Source of the DNA: Lingula anatina
Lineage: Eukaryota > Animalia > Brachiopoda
Length of the DNA: 64,000 nucleotides
Reading direction: 5' to 3'
Assembly: GCA_051362555.1 (NCBI GenBank)
Contig: CM120647.1
Span: 9,114,001-9,178,000, forward strand
Below are positions 1 to 12,343 of this stretch, one piece after another. Under the pieces are notes generated by a model. It was not told the DNA's origin. It was given only the letters and a program-made list of their open reading frames with translations, and made no database searches. The position numbers and the translations under genes are program-made. How positions within the stretch are numbered: position 1 is the first letter of the stretch; each line of letters begins with the position of its first letter.

Positions 1-700
1 TTTCATCTTAAAAAAATCAGAGCAAACGTGAGTAGAAATCAAATATACTCACTCATATTTAATAACAACGTCTATATATTAAAATAAAAATTACATTTTT
101 ATATCTAACTGAATGGCATAGATATAGAGAGGAATTGTGTGAACTTATTTGTATGGCTTTGGTATCCTAAGACAGCATGAAATCCAAGCAAGTATCAAAT
201 TTGAACAATGTGGTGAGTGTTTATTATAAGCTACTTACTGTAGGAAAAATTCACACACGTTTTCATTGTAAATTTAATGAAATAAAGCGCATTTTGCTAA
301 CGGTAAACTTGGGGAATCCCAGCTGGGGAATCCCACAAGAGGAGCCAAGTCCGATTTCTGAGCTCGCATGTCGGAGGAAGCACATTCAAAACGAGTGGAT
401 TTTCCGACGAAAACTTGTAAGAAAATATAAAAAAACGTCTTTCTGAATAATTCTCAATACATTTCAAGATAGTTTTATGTATAGATAAGCGTTTTATCGC
501 CGCAAAACACGGCAGTAAAATACGTCGATGCGGGTTATTCATGGACCAAACGTCACTTCCGGAAAGTTACGTGAAAAGTTACAAGAGTTTGTAAGTCCGA
601 GACTTACAAGAGTTTTGAGAATACCGTGTAAGTCAAAGTTACAAATTCACGTAAATAGTTACAAATTGTTGTAAGTTACAAAGTTTTGAGAATACGGCCC
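1..700 (-). mobile_element. End of a non-autonomous PIF/Harbinger-like element, inverted relative to the copy at 734-4628 (truncated by the window start)
   Basis: 1-700 is the reverse complement, with scattered mismatches, of ~734-1436. It ends in ...GAGAATACGGCCC and is followed by CAG (701-703), a CWG-type target typical of Harbinger elements. Confidence 0.75.
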
Positions 701-733
701 CAGGGCCCCTGGCAATGAATAGTTGAACCCCAG

Positions 734-1772
734 GGGCCGTATTCTCAAAACTTTGTAACTTACAACAATTTGTAACTATTTACGTGAATTTGTATCTTAG
801 ACTTACACGGTATTCTCAAAACTCTTGTAAGTCTCGGACTTACAAACTCTTGTAACTTTTCACGTAACTTTCCGGAAGTGACGTTCGGTCCATGAATAAC
901 CCACATTGACGGATTTCACTGCCGTGCTTTGCGTCGATAAAACGCTTATCTAGACATAAAACTATCTTGAAATATATTAAAAAGTATTCAGAAAGACGTT
1001 TTCCAACATTTTCTTACAAGTTTTCGTCGGAAAACCCACTCATTTTGAATGTGCTTCCTCCGACATGCGAGCTCAGAAATCGGACTTGGCTCCTCTTGAG
1101 GGATTCCCCCAGCTGGGATTCCCCACGTTTACCGCTAGCAAAACGCGCTTTATTTCATTAAATTTACAATGAAAACGTGTGTGAATATATCCTACAGTAA
1201 GTAGCTTATAATAAACACTCACCACATTGTTCAAATTTGATACTTGCTTGGATTCCATGCTGTCTTAGGATACCAAAGCCATACAAACAAGTTCACACAA
1301 TTCCTCTCTATATATGCATGCCATTCAGTTAGACATAAAAGTGTAATTTTTATTTTAATATATAAACTTTGTTATTAAATATGAGTGAGTACATTTGTTT
1401 TTCTATTCACGTTTGCTGTGATTTTTTTATGATGAAGAGTTAGTAAATGATATTTTCATGTTAAGCCACAAATAATAACACAAATTAATTCACACAAATA
1501 AGTTGGCCCAACTTTTCAAAAATTACATTCAATTTAATATGAACATGTTATTTTAAAATAAAATTGATAATTGTGATTAATTAATGGGTGTTGGTATAAA
1601 AGTGAAAATATTTTTCCAGTACACCTTTGTTGTTACCATAAAGAGTGAGTATTTTTTTTTCATGTCAGTATGAAATGCACATTGTACTGGTACAAATGAA
1701 CATGTACCTACAGGTTGGCCAGTATAAGCAGTAAAAAAATGAAAATAAAGGATTTTGTAAATAAGTAAAAAC

Positions 1773-1811
<39 letters not shown>

Positions 1812-4628
1812 TTGGTCAATGATTTCTCAGTCACATTTTCAATAATTTCAGGTATTTTTTGTTTCATATCATATCTACTAATCTACTAATATTCTTACTA
1901 CTATTATCTACTAATATTCTTTCCTTCTGGATTTTTTCACCAATAGTTGTCATATGAGATGTAAATTCTTTACAAGTGCCCATGTTCTTGTTTTATTTCA
2001 CTGCAGCTGAGACTTACAAAAACTTGACAAAGATTCATGTAGTGTGTGTGTATAAAATGTGTGTGGGTGACACAGTATACATTCATGAAATATGAATCTG
2101 TTGCTGGGTACACCCAAAATTATTTCATTTTAGGTGTATTCAATCATTTTGAACCTTGAAAAGTGCTTGAATTTAGTTTTTAACCTGGATGCATAAAGGT
2201 AGTTATTCACAGGAAGGGGAGATATTCCTTTTTGGACATTATTTAATTTCTATTTTTTTAATGTTTCATCACCAGTGTGTATAAAATTTAATTTAAATGA
2301 TATATTACTTCCTCTTTTCTTTGTTATAGAAACTTATGAGTGACTTTACATTGCCCTCATTTGCATTAAAAGAGTCATTGAAAAGCAATTGAATTAGTCT
2401 CAAAATTCTTATTAAATCCTTGAATTTGTTATTAGTGTTCATGTATGAACCTTGACATTGCACACTTAAATCATAGAAAGTTACACAAACATCCATGATA
2501 ACTCACAAAAATTTAAATTAAAAAGTGAAAGGCAATGATTATCCCTAAAACTGACTTAAGAAAAAAAAAAGAAAAGAAAATCTGTTTTGTGACTAAAAAG
2601 TACAAGCCACGGTTAAAATATATTTCATTGTGAATTATAAGATGTTTCTATTTGTTTACTCAAATTAAACAAACCAGTTTCCTGAAAATAGAAGGAAATT
2701 CACTGTACAGTGCATGCAATTTTAGTTTCAGCCATAACAATTGTGATAAGAAATACAAAATACTTCTTTATCCAAAACAAAACCCAAAATAATTCCTTAT
2801 GAGCAGTATATGATGGAAAGAGACAAAATCTTGTTTGTGGATGAATGTATGTTTGAGTGCATCATAAAGGAGAAAATACAGAAAAAAAAAAATGATATGC
2901 ATTTAAACTTTCAGTTATTATTACTGTTATTATTTATGATGAAATAAATAATCATTTTATATTCATTATTATTGTAACAAGACTAAACATTTGTATTCTA
3001 TGAGGAACTTAAATAATGAAATATACTTATTTCTTTGGCAAGAAGTTTTTTTTATTTTAATTAAAATTATGGTAAATACTGGTTTTATTTTCCCTTATCT
3101 TAACACTGCAGCAAGTAGATGGGACTCTGCAGGAATTATATTTTGCAGTATGAATCAATTTCAAAATGAAACAGTAGCAAGAAAACAGCTATAATTGTTA
3201 TGATCAAATGCAACCTAAGCAAGTGTCAGTTTACTCTAAATTAGAACTTACTCTGTAACTTTGTAATAAGTACAATGTTATGTAAGGAAAGCCATAAGTG
3301 GAATACTATCCAAAATGCCAATATTTACAATCTTTTACTAACTCACACATTACTAGTAGGTCTTTTTTTTGGTATTTAAAACAGTTTAAGTCATTTGTTT
3401 TTTCCATCAGTGATGATTACCTCATTATTTGAACTGGATATCCTTTATTTAAATGGATAAACCGAGCCTTTTAAATTAGTTAAAATACTGTTTAAATATC
3501 TAAAATCATTCGAAAGTAGATGATAAGACATAATCATCACTGAATGCTCCCAATCCATTATTATTTTTAAAAAACCTACAAGATAAAGTTAATGAAACTT
3601 ATGCATATTTTTAAATGCAGTCATCAGCTGATCGAGGTCACCACGTCGCCGAAAGGGGGTCAACATTTGCAACATTTTTTTCTACTTGTTTCAAATCATT
3701 TGGCAGGCTCTCGATACTTTTTGATACATGTTGTACAGCATATCATTTTAAAGCATTTGAAACGGACTTTTTAGTTATATAGAAGACATATATTTTCTCT
3801 GCCACATGTATGGAATAGAGGCATAAGAATCCAAGTCAAAGAATCGACAATAAAAATGGCGATTTTCAGATACACCTCCACGACAAATTACCACAGGATA
3901 TTTGTAAACAATATAATTACAGCAAACATTATACATCAGTCGAAAGCCAATTTTCTTCCGAACAAAACCACATCTATTAAACTTGGTGTTTTGGTATAAT
4001 TTTGATTTATTCACTGACTAAACATGTATCTGCATCCTAAAAAAGTCGGAAGCTTCAGAAACTGAAATTCAACCGTCGTTCGATTGATTAATCTTGACTA
4101 ACAACTAAAGTGTTTTATATCGCCAAAAAGCTCATTAACTTGGCTTTCTCACAACACTAGTAATTCTCTCACATTTTTTAAAAAGTATCAGTTTTCATTT
4201 TAGTTTAAAAATTCGGACACCCTGCCAAACTGCCATGTTGCCATCGCGCGATCGATAGAAACGTATTTTTCTCATCTAAATCGTTAACTTTAGGCAACTA
4301 ACCTGAAATATCCGAAAGGCTAACCTTTCTCGCTGATAATAAAACATCCAAGGTTAAATAATTTTACTTGCTGTCAAAAATATCCGACAATAAACACGAG
4401 CATAAAATTCCCGCAGACAACACTTTCTTCCCGACTTTTCACCAAGTGCGCATGCGTACAACTTTTTGTAGCGACTTACAACAGCTCGGAAGCAGTTGTA
4501 AATTTACGTGCATATTTACAAGAGTTTGTAACTTACAAACCTTCGAGAATACCAACTTACGTGAACGATCGGACTTACGTGAAAAGTTACAAGAATTTGT
4601 AAGTTACAACCTTTCGAGAATACGGCCC
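734..4628 (+). mobile_element. ~3.9-kb non-autonomous PIF/Harbinger-like DNA transposon
   Basis: Imperfect TIRs GGGCCGTATTCTC(A/G)AAA.. at 734 and ..TTTCGAGAATACGGCCC at 4628. CAG lies on both sides (731-733, 4629-4631). Subterminal TTACAA/GTAAGT/GAGAATAC motifs repeat at both ends. No transposase ORF inside. Confidence 0.75.
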
Positions 4629-7600
4629 CAGGGCCCCTGGCAATGTATAGTTGAACCCTAAGGATAACTTGACCCAGCATAGTTCTCATGGTTACCTGGT
4701 GAGGTCAGGATATGGACTAAGATGAATGGCTAGTTCTTTGTCCTGCACTGGACAACTGACCACTCCCAAAATGTGAGTGGATATATACTTATAAGTGAAT
4801 GTTTTTAGGCTTAGTAACAGAATACTAAGTGTACAGCCACGCTGGTGTCCTACCCTCAGAAAATATATTAGTTGGCTGATCATCGACTTTTCCTTTCCTT
4901 TACCTTTAAGAATTATTAAATCCAAGTAAATGAAATCCTTTTAAAGTTCAAACTAAGACCAGAGAATTTTTTTCTCTGCAGCTTAGTAATTAGCAACTGT
5001 AGGGTAAAGTTTCAAAAAAGGAAAACCTTTCTTTAAAAAGAATGAAAGTTGGTTTTAACTTTGTAACTTTGAAACCAGAAATTTGGGTTTTTTCAAATAA
5101 AGACAGATGGATAATAGTTGATTGAAATAAAGTTCGTATTGGGCTAAGATATAACCCCTTATTTTTTCATATGTATAATTTTATTTTTTTTATAAAAAAA
5201 CCTGCACAGAATATTTCATTCAAATACGCTTTATTCGGAGTCAAAACAGACTGAAAATAGCCGTTTTAAAATTAATATGTATTCTGTTATCATTACTTTT
5301 TAAACTAGAGCCCTTGGTGTCTGATAGTAATGGCAGTAGCCTACAATCAACTGGCATTGAGAAGATGACCAAAGAATTTGACCACTAGTCAGTGCTGAGC
5401 ATTCTTGACCAAAATCAAAACTGAGCTGATAAAAAAAAAAACAGATTTAAAATAAAGAAAGAGTCACCTCCCCAAGTCCCCTAGCTTGACGATGTCTGGA
5501 TTATGTTGTCCAAATTTTGGTGCATGAAGGAAAAAAAACAACATATCTATGGATATCTAAAATCTCAAAGGCAAATGTTGACAGAGTTCACCGTGGATGT
5601 TTAACTCACACACTGTTTTTGTATTCCCATTTTTGAGAAAAAAGAAAAAGTTTACCCTCTGTGTGGTAATGAGTGAAGGATACGAAAGGTAGTTCTAAAA
5701 TATAGTGATTTAAATATTTGTAAAAAAAATATGATAGCATTTAAGTTACATAAGAAGTCTTATCTTTGCAACTAAACCCAACCAAACGTCACCTTTCAGT
5801 TTCATATAGCATAACTGAAAGGAATATGTAAAAGAATCTTCTCATACTTCCTGATAATGATATCTGTACTTATATTTTCTGCTTTCTTTCTCACCTAAAT
5901 ATAACCCTCATTGGTTTTTTCGCCAGCCCTGATTTGAATATTTATGCTATTATTCGTGCAGCAGTTATGTGTCATACATTACTACGTCATTTGGCAGACT
6001 TTTTAGAACTGGGGGCGCATTAAAATAAGCCAAATTTTAAGACAAGGAATTTAAAGAGGGTGCAGCTATTCTTTGGCTTTATTCTTTGACATGCTGACTT
6101 AATTTGATTCTTATAAGAAACTTGTAGAAATGTTTTACATGTGTTACAGGGAATCTCCACACGTTTCACATGTTCACTTTTAGAAAGTTAAAAAAGAAAA
6201 GAATGTATTGTAAAAATTTTGTTGGAAATTTATTTTGCAACATTTTGGATGAATGACATTTCCTTACCACTTTTTTCAATTCCAAAAAGTAGTCTTAATT
6301 CTTCTGATTAAATTTAACTATAAGAAATGATATCAGTAATTTGTAAAAAAATAATGAAAAAAAAATAATTAATCAAATTAAATAATGCAACATTTGTGGT
6401 TATATGTGTCTCTTATTTAAAATAATATCATGTCATTTTTATTTCAATTTTCTGTGCAACTATTTCTTCTTTATACGAGGATAAAAAACTCATGACCAAA
6501 CTGTTTTAGTTTTTAAAACAATATATAGACATTGGTAAAATAGTATAATATAAAATGTGAATTTCAAAGCAATTCTGCTAAGTTATAATTAAAGACAATT
6601 CACGAAATAAAACAAGCTAAAAACAAATATAAAATGCACATCTTTGAAGTCAATCAATATTTCTCAAATTTTGTATTTATAATAATTTTGTAAATCAGAT
6701 TTTTTTCTGTTCACTGAATTACAAAGTGAAATTTAAGTCACATTCTTCTGTAAAGTTTAAATAAAATTTTAATGAGGTGTATATAATTATAGGCGTATAC
6801 CTCCATTGCCTGTACATTTTTTTTTACTTTTTAATTTTCTATTTATAATAAAATAATTTTCTGATATATACTTTTCTATAAAAAAGTGAAATAAGTCAAA
6901 GTGCATGATTCACCTTTATTTGCAACAAAAGGGAAAAGGAAAATATACTGCATTGATTGGCTTAAAAAATGCTCTTTAAAAAATGATAAAATTAATTTGG
7001 ATCCCAAAAATGTGCATGAAAATCCACCATTTTTTCTCTCTTACATGATAGATCCCTAATGTAAAAATATATATTCATCAACTATTTTTTCTCATTCTCT
7101 TTTTACTGTTGAATATAGGAATGCTTACTGCATGCAAAATCTACCAAAGCGACTCGATCAGGCCATTTCTAAACACACTTTCATTTCACATTAGCTAATA
7201 AGATATTTTCATTTCTCATATAAAGCTTTTCGCTTATTAGTATACAACTCAATATCGATCGTCTTCAAGAATTACAGGAATTCTAACGGTTACGTGTTCG
7301 GCGCAGCGCAAGCCGACCGGCTCATCAAATTACTCGGACATTGCCGCTCAGGCAATATCCCGATGCAACATAAAAAGATAGAGGGACTGAAGATCTATCT
7401 TTTTTGGGTTTTAAAACATATACCACTTTATTATCGATTCTTCTCGGGCTAATTTTGTTACCTAATAAACTGGGAAGGTAATTTAAAAAATACCACCATG
7501 AAGCAATCAACGTAAAAGAGCAAAGGTCGCTTGCCCTTCGCCCTCCCCGTAAACAAACTGGCCACAAAAAATGCCGACAGCGCCGGTGTATTTTCTCTGC

Positions 7601-8214
7601 ATACTCCAAAATTCGCCCAAGAATAATGCCCAAATTCTACAGTTAGTGAGAAAAGGTACTGACGTAACATATAATATCTGCAAAAGAAAAGCTGGTGAGT
7701 ATTTGAAGTAGAAAACGGACACAAACCTTGCTTTCTTTTCGATCTTCCTCCTTGCTGAAATTCAATTAGGTGCTTGGATGATGGGAAATTTCATTCATAA
7801 ATGGGTCAGTCGCATGCGCACACGGACACCGGATATCCCACGCGTTTTTCTCACGTGCTCACGTAATTTTAATTTGGGTGACAAAGAGAGCAATATCTTC
7901 AAGCCTCACGAAAATTATCCTTTACAGATCAAAAACGTGTGCCAATTATTTTTAAAAAATCATAGCCAGTATTTGTTTCAATTTCATATTCTAGTGGTCA
8001 AATTTTTGGAGATTTTTCTTATCTTTTGAAGAACGTAATCGACAGGTGGGCTATTTATTCTCATAGGAGTTACGTAACCGCAAACATGCCACGCCGCCAG
8101 CTTATCTACATCGGCATATTGCCTCGCATAAAGAAGTAATGAAATATGAGTGAGGGCCGATGTTAAGTGATTCTGAAAGAAGCGCAGCGCGGTGCTAAAT
8201 TCGCCAATTACCAT

Positions 8215-8245
<31 letters not shown>

Positions 8246-10834
8246 TATTCATATGCATTTTTATTTTCGGCTTAAGTAACTAGCTCGTTTGTTAACTTAA
8301 AAGTAGGCCCTAACACAGTGATTCTAAACTCGTGCGTGCGCGAGGAAGTGTAAATTAATTTTAAGTGTGTGCGAGAGCATGTGTTCACGAGAAAAAGAGA
8401 GAGAGAGAGAAGCAGTGTGAGAATATCGTTGTTTAGCAACCAGAAATGTATTAGACCCGTTTTGTGTTTTCCCAATCATTACATCACGTTCTCAGCACCC
8501 CCCCCCCAACTCTCCTCCCCTGAGTACTTGTCCAGCATCGCGAAAAAAGGAATTACTTTAGTTGCTATCTGTAAAAGTTACATAACGCGGTAACAGAGCA
8601 AACATCGGTATTTAGATTGCTATTGAAGTTTAAGTGTCAATACAGGCATGGCAATCGATAGCACGGCGTGATGGCACCAACAGCAGAAAAACAAGTTCTT
8701 ACGAAAGCAGAAAGCAGTTATGTGTTACAGTTTAGACATCACGACAGCGGACGTGTAGACAGGGGGTTCTGGGGGTTTTCATAAAAACGCACCTTTTTGT
8801 TGTTATGATTAAGAAGTTGCCTCCTATTCTCCTCTTAGACGAATTTAACATCCTAAATATGATTTGGATGTGGAAACGAATTAGCAACAGTAAAACCAAA
8901 TCAGTAATAAAGCCTCCCCTTCTCTTAAAGTAGGCCTAATCTTTATATTTTTAGCTCTTTGTTCGTCTGTCTTTTTTTTTTAATTTTTGCACTCAAAATT
9001 TTTTTGTAGCTCCTTAAATACATTTGCACAAAAGTAATAGACCTAGGTCTACCCAAAAAGTCTTTCTATTTATTTTTTATTCACCTAATTTCATCTGCTT
9101 TCACTTTATTTTGTTGCTCTTAAATATTATCTAATTTCACTTCACTTTATTTTATCAAATTTGATCAAGCTATCCAGTTTCAGTGAAACGCAGGGTAATC
9201 AGAGAAGAATGCACTTAACAATTCACTTCTTTTGCCCCAGGATACCACAAGAGGGGGTGGATAGGGCCTACAGTTTCCAGAAAAAATCAACGCACACTCG
9301 CTACGAATAATTTTTAGAAAGATTTTGTATTAACGCGCATTTCGGAGCAAGGGTATACGTCACATGGAACGATGGGGAGAAGGGCGACGTTTTTCCAATG
9401 ACCGGGGGTTAAAAAATAAACGGAGGGTGAACAAGGGTCACATATCCTCCCCGGAGTCGCCTTTTTGCATTCACGCTGCATTTGCCCTTGACGACCGCTG
9501 GTAACTCTGTACAATTTGCCTAATAGGCATTTACGCATATTTAGCAGACGATCGATAGGACACAGCGTTTCTCACAAAAAAATCGTAAGAATTACGTCAC
9601 GCTGACTCGGTTAACAGATGTTGCGTAAGTTTACATAGAAACGCGCGTGCCACGGAGACAATTACGAAAGAAGAGAAAGTATTGATTGCTTTTTCAGGCG
9701 CAGATGTGCTTTTCCTAGAATTTTTCAATTATGACGTCACGCTGGTTCCCGGATCGGTTATCGTTTTTGGCTTGAAATTGTTGTATTGCTCCTTCTTTCT
9801 TTCTTTTTTCTTGTTTCTTTATTCCTTTAATTTTTCTTAACCAAAAAAAAATTTCCCTTGCTATTTTTTCTCATTGCCTACCTTTCCCATTTACTTTTTT
9901 CACTGACTTAATTGTGAGAATCTTCCATGTAACCTGATTTGAGTCCCGGAAAAAAATCTGCCTTAGATCACTTTTAAGTCACACAATATTTTGATAAATT
10001 TTGCGAACCAAAGGAATTTACAAAAAATATTTTTAAAAACTTGCTATAGTATGGCATTTAAAAAAGAAAATGTCAAAGGAAAAAAAAAAGAAGAGGGGCT
10101 GACAATTTAGCACTTACAATTTGTCTCAACAGAATACTTCAACAATTTTTTGTACGGTGACATTAACATGCCCAGCATTGGATGGCTCCGAAAGACATGC
10201 TATGACTCAAATGATGGCGTAGGCCTGAGAGCATCTACAATTTTGATTCGATTTCACAGAATGAATTACACTAAAATGACGACTGGTCATAACTTGGTAA
10301 CGGTTTTGATGATATGGGTAAGAAATAGGACCGGTTTAACACAAGCGTGCACTTGTGCTCACACACTCAGACACACGCGCGCGCGCTTCAGTCCCAACTC
10401 GTCTGTCCCAAGTTAATTCTGCAGTATTCAAATGAATTATTTGCGTCTTCTTAAAAAAGGTAGAAATTGCCAATGTTTTCGAGAAACCATTTCCATCAGT
10501 ATTTTGGTTTCCAATCATCTCTGTTATGAATACATGCGGTACAGATACAGGTCATCAAATTTCGCTTTTTGTTATTAAAAAAGCAAATCTCCCCCCCCCC
10601 CCAAAAAAAAAAAGGAACACTACATACCCATCCACCCCCCCCCCAAAAAAAAAAATAATAATAAAAACAAAAACAATAATAAAAATACACGGTTTATACC
10701 TTACTTGCATTCCCTAAGACATTTTTTTCTTTTAGGAAACGACAATATCCCACCATTTTACCCACATTTGGTAAGAGCATTGCTGTTCGGTTTTATTACC
10801 AGTACGACGTACGTAGCCACCTAAAAGTAGGACG

Positions 10835-11015
10835 CAGTGGCGGATTTAGAGGGGGGGCGGTCAGGGGTCTTGACCATCCCCCTTTCGATTTCTGGTCCCC
10901 TCTTGAAATTATGATTTTGACTAGCTGAATCATAGTTCTAAACCGTACCAAATGGCACCGTTCGCCCTCTTAAGTACCAAATAATTTTCGAGACCCTTCG
11001 GCAGGCCCCGAGCCT

Positions 11016-11054
<39 letters not shown>

Positions 11055-11126
11055 GGGGGGGGCGGGGGGGGGCTTCACATCCATGGACTCCCCTCTCCCC
11101 TTCAAATTAACCTAGATCTGCTCCTG
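10835..11126. mobile_element. hAT-like MITE (CAGTGGCGGAT...GATCTGCTCCTG) with internal (GT)n
   Basis: Imperfect TIRs and a 5-bp direct repeat GGACG on both sides. A related copy lies at 55187-55463. Confidence 0.7.
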
Positions 11127-11289
11127 GGACGCAGCACAATTCATCATGTAGACCAAAACTTGTGCCTAAAAATCGAGAATAAAAAACGCGTTTTTCATTT
11201 TTTTCTGATTTTTTCTTAGCTACATCGAGAGCACGCTAAATGTCAATAAAATCGGATGTTCAGTAGCTCAGCACCCGTGCCATATTTTT

Positions 11290-11413
11290 GGGGCACATTT
11301 TGAACGAAGACAGTCAAGATGTGAAGACAAAACGTGAAGACAAAATGTGAAGTCTCACTTGCCCCTAAGGCAGCTGAGATTGACTTGCGCAATTTTGAAT
11401 CAGGTCCGAAAAT
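11290..11413 (+). promoter_or_regulatory. Putative promoter / first non-coding exon of RBBP8 with CHR-like TTTGAA motifs
   Basis: TTTGAA near 11299 and 11394, and a donor GTAAGT at 11414. A second possible UTR exon lies at 11660-11758 (ttgcag| ... |gtaagt). TSS not determinable from sequence alone. Confidence 0.3.
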
Positions 11414-11920
11414 GTAAGTTTCCCTTTATTAATTTGGTGAGGGTCTTTGTTCTATAATTAGAATATTCCACGGGAAAAAAAATCATAGTTGCAAAATTGT
11501 GTTCCGTACATGGGCCAGGTAATACTAAACAACACATCCACATCACAACTAGCACATTTCCTGTCTCAGTTTTACAACATTCGTCAATGGGTACTTTAAC
11601 GCTAAAAAGCGGGATCTGTGATTTCTATTTCTGAAGGATATAAACATTCCCCCTTGCAGTTCGGCATCCGTTGAGATTATAAATACCCCCATTGTAGCTC
11701 AGCATTCAGTATTAGCTTAAGATCTCATACAACAGAAGATAAAGGATCGTGCAAAAAGGTAAGTTGATAAACGGGGCAGCTTTGCCTTGGCTTTGGGAAG
11801 CTCACCTGAGTTTTTAATTTGTAATCGACTCATGATTATCAGTTGGTCAAGAGTCCAGGTCACTCCAATATGGCACTATGGCCATTCTTATATATGTTGT
11901 TAGCTTTAGCAAACACAAAA

Positions 11921-11923
<3 letters not shown>

Positions 11924-11968
<45 letters not shown>
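11924..11968. repeat. (CT)n microsatellite
   Basis: Direct reading. Confidence 0.95.
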
Positions 11969-11972
<4 letters not shown>

Positions 11973-12124
11973 AGTTATGATGCCTTTTGGAAAAGAAAAG
12001 TGACGATTCAGTGATCACATAATGTATTTGTACGTACCTGTAAGTAACCAGCCTCAAACACTCATGATTATGTTAAAAGGAGTGATGGAAACAAAACTGC
12101 AGCGACATTAAATGTTATTTTATT

Positions 12125-12298
12125 CTGGGGTTGCGCTAGCAATTTTTTTTCGCTTAGCCAAATCACCACATTTTTGTCAATTTGTTACCAAAATGGTTAT
12201 AATTTGGCTAAAACATGTCAAATCAAACCCTTTTTCTTTAGCCTATTTAAGTCAGTTTTAGCATTTGGCTAAATTGGTGAGTGTTAGTGCTACCCCAG
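12125..12298. mobile_element. Short hAT-like MITE
   Basis: TIRs CTGGGGTTGCGCTAGCA / TGTTAGTGCTACCCCAG, internal TTAGCCAAA/TTGGCTAA motifs, 5-bp TSD TTATT. Confidence 0.65.
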
Positions 12299-12343
12299 TT
12301 ATTACATTTTCTGCATTTATCATTTTAGTTTAAGAAAACCAAG

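Noticed and set aside
177-1258. Mirror-image ORF pairs (MKSKQVSN../MESKQVSN.., YSERRF..)
   Set aside because: By-products of the inverted transposon ends, with no transposase or other motifs.
4987-8210. Possible ~3.2-kb element bounded by TAATTAGCAACTGTAG / CTAAATTCGCCAATTA with a CpG-richer right end
   Set aside because: The terminal match is weak (12/16), there is no TSD and no ORF, so it cannot be classified.
11255-11715. Two TAGCTCAGC A-box-like motifs suggesting tRNA/SINE
   Set aside because: No B-box (GTTCRA) or cloverleaf at a suitable distance.
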